The position numbers and the translations under genes are program-made. Shown here piece by piece: positions 29,428 through 39,200 of a stretch of DNA of 64,000 bases. Every line of letters starts with the position of its first letter. The first letter of the stretch is position 1. This stretch comes from Prevotella sp. (GTDB lineage: Bacteria; Bacteroidota; Bacteroidia; Bacteroidales; Dysgonomonadaceae), in NCBI GenBank assembly GCA_031285625.1, contig JAITVV010000067.1, forward strand, positions 39,497 to 103,496. The letters are read 5' to 3'. Below the pieces are notes generated by a model that ran no database searches, was not told the origin of the DNA, and saw nothing but the letters and a program-made list of their open reading frames with translations.

Positions 29428-30795
29428 TTATGTTAGTGTTACTGCATATGTATTTTTGTTAAATTTGCGTATTTGCCATATATATAATACAACGGCTAAT
29501 ACCGTTGACAAGAAATCAGATAAAGGTATTGAGGCCCAGACTCCATCCAGTTCGAAAAAATACGACAGGATAAATAGAGATGGAACTAAAATAAGAAATT
29601 GCCGTGTCAAGCTTAGAAATACTGATTTGACAGGCATTCCAATAGATTGAAAAAAGTTTGATATCACCATTTGAATCCCGCTTAAAGGGAGCATAATAGT
29701 CAAAATCTTTAATGCCCGCGCAGCCTCTCTTGCTAATGCCTCAGAAGGGTTAAAAGGGCGAACTATTATATTCGAGAAAAATATTCCGCAAACCAAACCC
29801 ACAATCCCGATGCCAATTCCTGCCTTGATGGCCTGATTTACTGTAGAAGCAACCCTGTCGAACCTCTTGGCTCCAAAATTGTATCCCACTATCGGTTGCA
29901 TACCTTGTGTCAATCCTACTATTATAAGTATTATAACCAATGTCAACCTGCTTGCAATAGTATAAGCTTCTATAGCAATACTATCTCCATATATTCTAAG
30001 ACGATTATTAATAAAAAAAACTACAACTGAGGCGGCAAGTTGCATAATAAATGGAGAAAATCCAATGCTTACAATAGCCCAAATAATCTTTTTATCAGGA
30101 CTTATTTTATTCTTATAAAATCTCAATGTACTATTTTGATCCAGAAAATGATACATTATTGGGATCAGGGTAACAAGTGTGGATATCGATGTAGCAACTG
30201 CAGCTCCTTTCATTCCCCATTTGAGAACAAAGATAAATACCGGTGCTAATAGAATATTCGTAATAACGCCCAGAAGCATTGTATACATTGCTTTTTTAGG
30301 ATATCCTGAGGCACGCATAATACTACTTAATGTGTAACTCAAGTTCAAGAAAAGGTTACATGGCAAATAATAGAGGAGAAACTCATGGGCAAAGTGATAA
30401 GTTTCATTGGTTGCTCCGATAGCTAACAATATGGATTCCAGAAAGAGATAAACAAAAAGGATTGACACCCCTGTTAATAAAACGACTAAAAAGAAAGCGT
30501 TTCCTAAAACCCTCTCGGCCTCATCCTTTAGCCCCATCCCCATATAGATGGAAATACGGCTGGCAGCACCTGTACCAACAAACAACCCCAAGGCTGTAAA
30601 AAGCGTCATAACAGGAAGAACAATTCCAAGCCCACCAATGGCATGATCGCCCAAACCGGGGCCATGCCCTATATATATACTATCTATTGTATTATAAATA
30701 GCAACAACCAGGGAGCCTACAATCGCCGGAATAGAATATTCCCAGAGGAGTTTTGTAGTTTGTTCAGTTTCTAATCTATTTAGTCTAGATTCCAT
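29428..30795 (-). CDS. MATE family efflux transporter; first gene of the PKS operon
   Basis: 12-TM pattern; SIPAIVG..YNTIDSIYIG, MRASGYPK, GMKGAAVAT, QPIVGYNFGAK, FFQSIG. Confidence 0.92.
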   Translation of the reverse strand: MESRLNRLETEQTTKLLWEYSIPAIVGSLVVAIYNTIDSIYIGHGPGLGDHAIGGLGIVLPVMTLFTALGLFVGTGAASRISIYMGMGLKDEAERVLGNAFFLVVLLTGVSILFVYLFLESILLAIGATNETYHFAHEFLLYYLPCNLFLNLSYTLSSIMRASGYPKKAMYTMLLGVITNILLAPVFIFVLKWGMKGAAVATSISTLVTLIPIMYHFLDQNSTLRFYKNKISPDKKIIWAIVSIGFSPFIMQLAASVVVFFINNRLRIYGDSIAIEAYTIASRLTLVIILIIVGLTQGMQPIVGYNFGAKRFDRVASTVNQAIKAGIGIGIVGLVCGIFFSNIIVRPFNPSEALAREAARALKILTIMLPLSGIQMVISNFFQSIGMPVKSVFLSLTRQFLILVPSLFILSYFFELDGVWASIPLSDFLSTVLAVVLYIWQIRKFNKNTYAVTLT

Positions 30796-30951
30796 AAATT
30801 AATCTAGCTACAAATAAAGAAATCCGCCATCAATCTATAAAAATATTTATAGTTGATCAAGCAAGACTTCGGCATACTGTAACTTTTGTAAAATAAGGCA
30901 CTTACATCAAAAATAAGCAAAGCTTGTCATCAATATCTTGTTTCCTAGGTG

Positions 30952-30959
30952 CAAATGTA
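30952..30959 (-). promoter_or_regulatory. Sigma-A -7 element (TACATTTG), candidate promoter of the MATE-PKS operon
   Basis: TAnnTTTG match about 157 nt upstream of the MATE ATG. Confidence 0.55.
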
Positions 30960-31062
30960 AACAAAATATATCTTATATAAAAAAATATATATTCAAATTC
31001 TTGGCTATTGAAGCGATTTACTAATAGCCAGCACATTATTTTTCACAAAGCTTGAACAAACT

Positions 31063-31078
31063 ATTGACTAATCAATAA
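31063..31078. promoter_or_regulatory. Putative MarR operator 1 (ATTGA-CTAA-TCAAT palindrome)
   Basis: ATTGACTAATCAATAA just upstream of the marR -7 box TACTTTTG (31086-31093); identical copy at 31554. Confidence 0.75.
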
Positions 31079-31108
31079 TTATTTATACTTTTGTAAAAAT
31101 AATTATAT

Positions 31109-31534
31109 ATGAATAAATTGTATTCGTTGGGATTTCTACTAAACAGAGCCTCATTTTCTTTAGCTAAAGCCTTAAATTCCGAATTCAAAAGACATAATAT
31201 AGATCTACCCCATTCTCAATTTATAGTCTTAAGATGTCTCTACTACAAAGATGCATTAAGCCAGCACGATCTGGCAACTCTTTTATGTAAAGATGCAGCT
31301 GCTATAAAACGGACAATTGATAATCTGGAAACAAAAGGACTCGTTACTAGAAAACAAGTCTCACAAAGACAGAATTCTGTACTGATAACAGAAAAAGGCA
31401 AATTACTAATTCCTTATGCTATTGAACATGGCGAATCTATAATAAAAAAAGTACTGGGACCCGCTACAAATATGGAGACAGAAGCATTGTATAAACTTCT
31501 GGATAAAATATACAACAATGCCGAAAAAATATAA
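31109..31534 (+). CDS. MarR family transcriptional regulator
   Basis: Winged HTH: SQFIVLRCLY, LSQHDLA..LCKDAAAIKRTIDNLETKGLVTR..V.ITEKG. Confidence 0.92.
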   Translation: MNKLYSLGFLLNRASFSLAKALNSEFKRHNIDLPHSQFIVLRCLYYKDALSQHDLATLLCKDAAAIKRTIDNLETKGLVTRKQVSQRQNSVLITEKGKLLIPYAIEHGESIIKKVLGPATNMETEALYKLLDKIYNNAEKI

Positions 31535-31553
31535 TATTTTTTTTGCACAAGCA

Positions 31554-31569
31554 ATTGACTAATCAATAA
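31554..31569. promoter_or_regulatory. Putative MarR operator 2
   Basis: Exact 16-bp copy ATTGACTAATCAATAA between marR and the downstream membrane-protein gene. Confidence 0.75.
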
Positions 31570-31577
31570 ATACTATA

Positions 31578-32075
31578 ATGAAAAAATTTGGAGCAACAGG
31601 AATGAAAATTTTGAAAACATTGCATCTGATATTTGTAATGTTATGGACGGTAGGTGTGATTGCCATGGCAATCTTATTGCTGATGAAAGCTCAATCGGGA
31701 GATGAATTGTTTATGAAATACAAAGCCGTTCGTTTCATTGATGACCTGATCGTAATTCCTACTGCTACTATCACCGTATTAATAGGAATATTATATGGAA
31801 TAAAAAGTAATTGGGGATTTTTTAAACATAAATGGATCACTGTAAAATGGATCGTTAGTATAATCGTAATTGTTGTAGGCACTTTCTATCTTAGCCCTAT
31901 GTTGGATGCTAACCTTGAATTGAGTGATACTCAACGTAATTTAGCCATGAGTAATGCGGAAATGATTAGCCGCGAGAATCAGATATTCTATTGCGGTTGC
32001 ATTTCATCTATAACACTTATACTACTGGTGATTATATCTGTATTCAAACCATGGAAAGCAAAAAAGAAAGTTTAA
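31578..32075 (+). CDS. Four-TM membrane protein (DUF2269-like)
   Basis: LKTLHLI..., WGFFKHKWITVKW, ISVFKPW motifs. Confidence 0.7.
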   Translation: MKKFGATGMKILKTLHLIFVMLWTVGVIAMAILLLMKAQSGDELFMKYKAVRFIDDLIVIPTATITVLIGILYGIKSNWGFFKHKWITVKWIVSIIVIVVGTFYLSPMLDANLELSDTQRNLAMSNAEMISRENQIFYCGCISSITLILLVIISVFKPWKAKKKV

Positions 32076-32089
32076 TCTCTATTTAGCAA

Positions 32090-32689
32090 TTACAGGTTTC
32101 TTACATGCCGCATTAGCTCCTCTTTAATTATAGTGATTCTCAGATTAATGATTTTATCAGCCTCCTGAAATTCCTCATTATCATCCAACCTTTTATGGCG
32201 ACGGACAAATTCATCGAGGCTACTTGAATCAGAATAACCATCAAAAATAATATCCTTTGCATCTTTTGCTTTCCTTATGGTATTGGCTGTATCTATCAGA
32301 GATGGGATAAGCAACATTATGTCAATAACAGTATTCAAATAGTTGAAATCCAACGAACGTCCAAAATCATCCGTTTCGATGATCCTTAGCCACTGATAAA
32401 TAAGACTGACTCTCTCTTTTGTTACACCATTAATAGGTTTGTAATTTCTATCATAAATAGCTTCTCTTATAGCAGAGACTGTTCTGTTGAAATCATACTT
32501 TTCAATCTCATAGTACTCATTAGCCATTTTTTCATCACAACCGGTGATATCCTGTATTTCATTTAATGACTTGGCTTTGAACAGGTAAATACATTTCTCT
32601 ACATCACCTTTATTCTCCATCAGGAGTTGCTTGGCTTCACCTATTGGAATTGGTAATACTTTTCTTAATTCCTTTATCTTGTCTATCAT
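32090..32689 (-). CDS. Hypothetical protein with N-terminal EF-Ts/UBA-like helical repeats
   Basis: ATG at 32689 preferred; IKELRKVLPIPIGEAKQLLMENKGDVEKC resembles the EF-Ts N-terminal UBA-like motif. Confidence 0.55.
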   Translation of the reverse strand: MIDKIKELRKVLPIPIGEAKQLLMENKGDVEKCIYLFKAKSLNEIQDITGCDEKMANEYYEIEKYDFNRTVSAIREAIYDRNYKPINGVTKERVSLIYQWLRIIETDDFGRSLDFNYLNTVIDIMLLIPSLIDTANTIRKAKDAKDIIFDGYSDSSSLDEFVRRHKRLDDNEEFQEADKIINLRITIIKEELMRHVRNL

Positions 32690-32757
32690 TGTTCTTTTTT
32701 CAACAAAGATAATGAAACAATAAATTATTATCTTTACATACACTAAAAACAACCTGT

Positions 32758-33513
32758 ATGAATTCTCAATTTGACATACTCTCGGCTATTTATAATGATA
32801 CAAAGGATAGTAAATATGACTTTGCAGTATTACCCTGGGGCGCAACCGAACCTCACAACTATCATTTACCATACATGACTGACTGTTATTTAGCTCACGA
32901 TATTTCTGTAGACTCAGTTATCAAAGCATACGATCAGGCAGGAGTTAAAGGTATGGTTTTACCAGTTATTCCTTTAGGTTCTCAAAATCCAGGACAACGC
33001 GAACAACCGTTTTGTCTGCATACACGTTACGAAACACAAAAAGCTATACTAACAGATATTGTAGCATCCCTCAGTTATCAGGGTATATCTAAACTTATAA
33101 TTGTAAACGGGCATGGAGGAAATAATTTTATAAATATGATCAGAGATCTGGCCGTTGATTATCCGGATTTCCTAGTCGTCATAAGTAATCTATTTGCTAT
33201 TATTCCTCAAGCAGACTACTTTGAAGAAAAAGATGATCATGCAGGTGAGATGGAGACTTCAGTTATGATGCACTATCACCCTGAACTGGTAAAGTTATCA
33301 TTAGCCGGAGATGGAATATATACACCATTCAAGGCAGAGACTCTCCGCACTGGCATAGGATGGACCCCTCGAAACTGGATGAAAGTATCTCAGGATACGG
33401 GAGTAGGAAACCCAAAAAAATCATCTGCAGAAAAGGGCAAAGCTTATGCAGAAGCTCTTACTCAAAAAATAGCAAAACTATTTATTGAGTTGGTAAAAGA
33501 GGATATATACTAA
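32758..33513 (+). CDS. Creatininase/mycofactocin peptidase-like amidohydrolase
   Basis: LPWGATEPHNYHLPYMTD, VNGHGGN, DHAGEMETS metal-binding motifs. Confidence 0.9.
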   Translation: MNSQFDILSAIYNDTKDSKYDFAVLPWGATEPHNYHLPYMTDCYLAHDISVDSVIKAYDQAGVKGMVLPVIPLGSQNPGQREQPFCLHTRYETQKAILTDIVASLSYQGISKLIIVNGHGGNNFINMIRDLAVDYPDFLVVISNLFAIIPQADYFEEKDDHAGEMETSVMMHYHPELVKLSLAGDGIYTPFKAETLRTGIGWTPRNWMKVSQDTGVGNPKKSSAEKGKAYAEALTQKIAKLFIELVKEDIY

Positions 33514-34118
33514 TATTTTATATTCAGAAAATCATTATAAGTACTGAGTGTCTCGTATTTCCCAACACCGGAAATATCCAATATCTTAGCAGACTCTATA
33601 AGCTCCCACTCATTACTGATTAGCTTATATATTTGCATCTCGTACGGAATACTCACGCTATATTCGGGTTTTACAGATGTTGCATCTTTTTGAAGACAAT
33701 AATAAGGAACATAGCGGCCAATAATACAGAAGTCCTGGATCTTCATTTCCTCACGTATTATCTGATTTATTTTCTTCAAAGATTCTTCACTATAATACTC
33801 TGTCCCATCCGGCTCTGTAGAGAGTTGTATACTATTCTTTTTATCAAAATCCTGATACTTATCACGAATGTCTCTCGTTTTAGGAATATACAGTATTGAG
33901 TATTGCCCCTCATTTTCTTTTACATATGTAGAAAAAGGGATATCCATCAATGGATTCACAGACAATTCACGATGTATATCGAAACCCGCTATTACTTCTT
34001 CTTGCGCCAGCATCTTAAGTTCCTTGATATTCACATCCGGACTTTTCTTATTTTCCTTATTGCATGAAAACATCAGAAGGGCAAGCAAGATGAATAAATT
34101 AATTTTTATAGCCATCAA
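33510..34118 (-). CDS. Hypothetical lipoprotein
   Basis: Hydrophobic signal ending LLMFSC followed by NKENK; no recognisable family. Confidence 0.65.
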   Translation of the reverse strand: MMAIKINLFILLALLMFSCNKENKKSPDVNIKELKMLAQEEVIAGFDIHRELSVNPLMDIPFSTYVKENEGQYSILYIPKTRDIRDKYQDFDKKNSIQLSTEPDGTEYYSEESLKKINQIIREEMKIQDFCIIGRYVPYYCLQKDATSVKPEYSVSIPYEMQIYKLISNEWELIESAKILDISGVGKYETLSTYNDFLNIKY

Positions 34119-34205
34119 ATCTATATTTAGTTAAATCTTATTTCAACAGGAAAGACAAATTTAATATATTTACAGTTATAACTGCAAAATCTAACAAATA
34201 ATGCC

Positions 34206-35810
34206 ATGAACAAATTTAAAGCAATAAGTTTTGTTATCATTCCCAGTGCACTTTTTAACTATAGTTGTGGAAAGAGAGAAAGTCAAAACACGACACAGAC
34301 CCGTCCTAACATTATTTATATAATGACAGATGATCACTCATATCAGACAATAAGTGCTTATGGGCATCCTTTATCTAAACTTGCCCCAACACCAAATCTG
34401 GACCGTCTGGCTAATGAAGGAATGCTTTTTCAACAAGCATTTGTAGAGAATTCGCTATCCACACCCAGCCGGGCCTGCCTTATGACAGGGTTATATAGTC
34501 ATCAAAATGGTCAACGACAATTAGGGACGGGAATTGATTCTACCAAAACATTCTTTTCGGAGCTTTTACAAGAAGCAGGATACCAGACAGCAGTGGTAGG
34601 TAAATGGCATATGCAGTGTGAACCTAAAGGTTTTGATTACTATAAAATATTATGGGACCAGGGAGAATATTACAATCCTGAATTTAGAAGCAAAGATACA
34701 AATGGTAAATATATAAAAGAAGAAGGGTATGCGTCTACATTGATAACAGATCACTCAATAGACTTTCTTGAACATAGAGATAAAGATAAACCTTTTTGCC
34801 TATTGGTTCATCATAAAGCGCCACACCGCAACTGGATGCCTGAGCCACAATATCTGGATCTGTATGAAGATATTGAGTTCCCGGTTCCTGCTACTTTCAA
34901 AGACAATTATTCTACCCGCTGCTCGCCTGCTCATACACAGGATATGACTATAGACAAAACAATGACACTTATATATGATCTAAAAGTTCAGGAATTAAAG
35001 GATACACCTCCATATGATAAAGAATGGAATATAGAAAGCCTACAGTATTCTTTTGACAGAATGACCCCTGAGCAACTGGACTCATGGAATAAATCATACC
35101 ATCCTAAGAATCAAAAGTTCATAGATCAAAAGCTGAAAGGAGACGATCTCCTGAACTGGAAATTCCAACGATATCTCAAAGATTACCTACGTTGTATAAA
35201 GAGTATCGACGATCAGGTAGGAAGGATAATATCTTATCTTGAAGAGCAAGGCTTGATGGATAATACCATCATAATTTATACTTCCGATCAGGGCTTCTAC
35301 ATGGGGGAGCATGGTTGGTTCGACAAACGGTTTATGTATGAAGAATCTTTCCGCACCCCTTTACTTATACGTTATCCAAAAGCAATAAAAGCCGGAACAA
35401 AGACAGATGCTCTCGTACAGAATATAGACTATGCACCGACTATCCTTTCACTGGCAGGCGTAGAAAAGCCTAAAGAAATGAGCGGCACATCGCTAGAAGC
35501 ACTATTTGGAGGAAATAAACCTGCCGACTGGAGGACTAGTCTCTATTATCATTATTACGATTATCCGGCTATACATAGTGTACGCCGACACGACGGTGTA
35601 CGTACCGATCGCTATAAGCTCATTCACTTTTATGGGAAAGGCGAAATGGCAAATGATGAAGATATTGATTGTAATGAATTGTACGACTTACAAACTGACC
35701 CTAATGAACTGAACAACCTATATGGGAAAGCTGGGTATGAAAAAATAACTGCTGAACTGCAAACCGCATTAGATAAATACAGGATAGATCTCAAAGTAGA
35801 TGAATATTAG
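34206..35810 (+). CDS. Ser-type S1 sulfatase lipoprotein (GlcNAc-6-sulfatase-like)
   Basis: PNIIYIMTDDH, S-T-P-S-R formylglycine motif (SLSTPSRACLMTG), GKWH, HKAPHRNW, YTSDQGF.GEHGWFDKRFMYEES. Confidence 0.92.
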   Translation: MNKFKAISFVIIPSALFNYSCGKRESQNTTQTRPNIIYIMTDDHSYQTISAYGHPLSKLAPTPNLDRLANEGMLFQQAFVENSLSTPSRACLMTGLYSHQNGQRQLGTGIDSTKTFFSELLQEAGYQTAVVGKWHMQCEPKGFDYYKILWDQGEYYNPEFRSKDTNGKYIKEEGYASTLITDHSIDFLEHRDKDKPFCLLVHHKAPHRNWMPEPQYLDLYEDIEFPVPATFKDNYSTRCSPAHTQDMTIDKTMTLIYDLKVQELKDTPPYDKEWNIESLQYSFDRMTPEQLDSWNKSYHPKNQKFIDQKLKGDDLLNWKFQRYLKDYLRCIKSIDDQVGRIISYLEEQGLMDNTIIIYTSDQGFYMGEHGWFDKRFMYEESFRTPLLIRYPKAIKAGTKTDALVQNIDYAPTILSLAGVEKPKEMSGTSLEALFGGNKPADWRTSLYYHYYDYPAIHSVRRHDGVRTDRYKLIHFYGKGEMANDEDIDCNELYDLQTDPNELNNLYGKAGYEKITAELQTALDKYRIDLKVDEY

Positions 35811-35820
35811 TGGTTATAAA

Positions 35821-35890
35821 AAGAAAAAGGTTGTCATCACGACAACCAATCTTCATTGTTAACCTTAAATCTAATACCATGAAAAACACA
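35821..35890 (-). ncRNA. Putative small RNA, copy 1 (sigma-A promoter, intrinsic terminator)
   Basis: TATCTTTG -7 box at 35894-35901; body TGTGTTTTTCATGGTATTAGATTTAAGGTTAAC...; GGTTGTC/GACAACC hairpin followed by T-run. Confidence 0.6.
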
Positions 35891-36090
35891 GTACAAAGAT
35901 ATAATATATTTTATGTTATACAACATATTTACCTGATAAAATTATGTTACTTAGCACAATTTAACTATTCTATAATCATAAATAACTGATTATCAATATT
36001 CATAAATATACCTTATTACACATAGTCTTTGCCTATGATTTTAAAAGCTACTATTAGCAAAATTCCAGATAACTGAAGAGCATTAAATAA

Positions 36091-36161
36091 AAAAGAAAAG
36101 GTTGTCATCACGACAACCAATCTTCATTGTTAACCTTAAATCTAATACTATGAAAAACACA
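36091..36161 (-). ncRNA. Putative small RNA, copy 2 (61 of 62 nt identical to copy 1; ECF-like promoter)
   Basis: Core 36100-36161 matches 35829-35890 with one mismatch; upstream GAAC-N17-CGTT (36193 to 36169). Confidence 0.55.
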
Positions 36162-36299
36162 TAATATTAACGTGGCTTCAGTGAAAATAGTTCACTAAAG
36201 GAATGTTAAAAAAGGCAAAACTACCTGATGATTAGTTAATTATAATTTCACATAGCTCAGATCTGTTTCCTACACTGAGTTTGGCTATATCCCAGTTGG

Positions 36300-39200
36300 C
36301 TATATCTCTATTACTTTCCCTAAAGTAATGTAACAAACATATCCTTTCACATCGGTATATCCCATCTTACGAATCTGATCGGCATAATACTTTACCTGAC
36401 GAATATACTTTCTGTCTTCTTTCTCTCCGAATTTATAGTCAATCACAATAACCGCTCCATCTTTTATCATCACACGGTCAGGACGGATAAAGTTGCCTTT
36501 AGGCTGTAATATCTGGATTTCATTTAATACTTTATACTGTCCTGAATACCATGGTGCGACAACAGGGTCAGATAAGTAATTATAAAGCAATACTTTCAGT
36601 TCATTCTTCTGATCTGTAGTTATATCTCCTGAGATATGGTACGCTTCGATAGCGTTATCAATGTCCTCTACCCTCTCTATACGGCTTACCACTTCGTGCA
36701 TCAGTGTACCGTAATCCCTTTGCCCCGTATCAGTAAAATAGTACTTATTCTTTAGTAATAACTTTACCCGTTCGTCATATGGTATGCTCGACAGACTATC
36801 TACACTTATCTCTTGTACAGATGATTTCTTCTCTTGCTTAACCGGTCGGTATCCCTGCCCTACTTCAAAGACAGCACCGTCAAAATATTGATGCAGATTA
36901 AGATGCGACTTCTCATTATCATCTTGATGAGCTGATAAATGAATTGTACTCCAAAGCAATGACGATATATTATTTATTTCTTCCTTTTTTGGCTTAGGAG
37001 CAAAAGCGATCAATTCATTTTTAGCGCGTGTGAATGCGACATACAGTATATTTATATTGTCAATAAAAGCATGTAGTTTTTCATCAAAATATTCATAAGC
37101 AAAGATTGTATTTACCAACTTTTGAGAATATCTGACAGGCACCAGATGCATCTTATTGAATGGTTCTATTTTAGGATGGCACCAAAGAATCGTTGTATGC
37201 TTATGATCTATTTCCCAGTTGCAGAAAGGGATTAACACAACGTTAAAGCCCAATCCTTTAGATTTGTGAATAGTCATGATCTTGATTGCATCCTGCCCAT
37301 CAGGAGTAAAGATCGTTTTGGTTACCCCTGTCTCATCCCACCACTTCAAAAAAGCATCGAGATCGGATGAATTACGAATAGTAAAATCAAGCACCATATC
37401 AAGAAATGACTGAATATACACCTGCTCGTTTTCCTCCATAGAATTATGGAAGAGGTCGAATATTTCTTCTGTCATTTCATACAGGGGAAGCTCACTTATC
37501 CGTTTCAGGCTATTAGCAATATCTTCCGGAAGGTCTTCCTTTGCAGAAAAATATTTTAGTAAGGCTTCTTCTGCACTGATCTGGTTATTATATTTAAAAT
37601 ATTCATACACAGCCAATGCCTTCAAAGATATATCCAGCGGATTATGAAGATATTTTAATATGGCAATAACCAGCTTAATACTTTTAGAGTTACTTACAAA
37701 TAAAGCCTCATCCGAAATTATATCATAGCGGTATTGAGTACCTGTATATTGACTCTTATATTCCAATAAGCAGTTAGCGACCTCAGCCCCCTCTTTTTTT
37801 GTCCGCACCAGGATTGTAATGTCTTTCAGTCCGTAGCCTTTATCCTGCAATACTTCTATCTGCTTGGGAAGCTGTTCCAGTACATAGTCTTTCCAGACAT
37901 ATTCCTCTGTATCTACAAATTCAACTTTCACATATCCCTCATTACCCTTATGGCTTTCAGGGATATCCTGCCCTGCTTCATCATAGGCTTTTATTATACG
38001 GGATGTAAATGGCTTTAATCGTGAATTATCAATATCTTCCAACGAACTATTATAAGTATCCTGGAGCAAGCTGGTACCGGATGAAAAGATTGTGTTATTA
38101 AAAGCAATTACATTTTGTGAACTTCGCCAGTTGGTATCTAATGTTTCATGAATAACACCTTCTTTCCTAAAGTCTATATCCAGTTGTTCATCAAGCAGTT
38201 TCCAGTCGGAGTTACGCCAACGGTATATGCTCTGTTTCACATCGCCAACAATAAAATTCCGGTTACCACTACTCAGGCTATCTTTAACTAATGGGAGAAA
38301 ATTCTGCCATTGCATATTCGATGTATCCTGAAATTCATCTATCATATAGTTATTAACCCGCTGGCCTACTTTCTCATAGATAAAAGGTGAATCATTGCCA
38401 TCGATAATGCGATTAAGCAACTCCGTTGTATCCGAGATCAGCATAATATTGTTTTCAGCGCAATATTCCCGTATCTTTTTATCCACATCGCCCAGTATCC
38501 CCAGCCTGAAAAAATAACGGTTTATTTCATAAGCAGTCTGATACATCAGGGAATTATCAAAATGATTGATAATCCCGAAAACAAACATATTCAGATCATT
38601 ATAAGCATCTTCAATCTTATATTTTACCGAAGCCGGAGTTTTGGAGCTATACCAATTTGTAATATCATTTGCCAATGAACGGAAAGCAGCTGTAGGCTCA
38701 TCATTACCGCCATTCGCCCATCTTACAAAACTAAAAAAAGGCGAGTACGAAACACCCTTAAAATCGTCAGGCTTCAACTCGTAGCTTGTCATTATGTTTA
38801 AAGCTTTTTCAGCCATCTGCTGCAACACACTCTCAAAATTCCGGATAATAGGAAAGAGCATATTTTTATAATTAGCCATCAGCTCTTTGTCTGCTATATC
38901 AGCCTGAACAAGATCACTATAAGCTTTAAAATTTTCCTTAAAGATTTCTTGCGATAGGGATTTTATATCATTGCGGATATTCCAGGTCTCTCCATTTTCT
39001 ACTTTCTCTTCAGAGAAACGGATCAGCCAGTCCAGCAGGAGCTTATTGTCGTTGCGCTCCAGATCATACAACATGGAATCTACTGCCTCACCCAGCACCT
39101 TGTTCGTATCCAGCTCTACATTATATCCTCCACCTAAACCGATTTCGCGGGTAAAGGCACGCATTGTTTGCTGAAAGAATTTATCGATGGTACTTACCGA

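Noticed and set aside
11412-30795. PKS operon as a mobile genomic island
   Set aside because: No integrase, transposase, tRNA or flanking direct repeats seen, and no obvious compositional shift by eye (not computed)
35829-36161. 62-bp direct repeat pair as a CRISPR array
   Set aside because: Only two copies, 209-bp spacer, repeat too long, no cas genes; promoter and terminator layout fits sRNAs better
36281-36306. Tandem TTGGCTATATC duplication at the helicase stop as an insertion scar
   Set aside because: Only 11 bp, 4 bp apart, with no element between the copies
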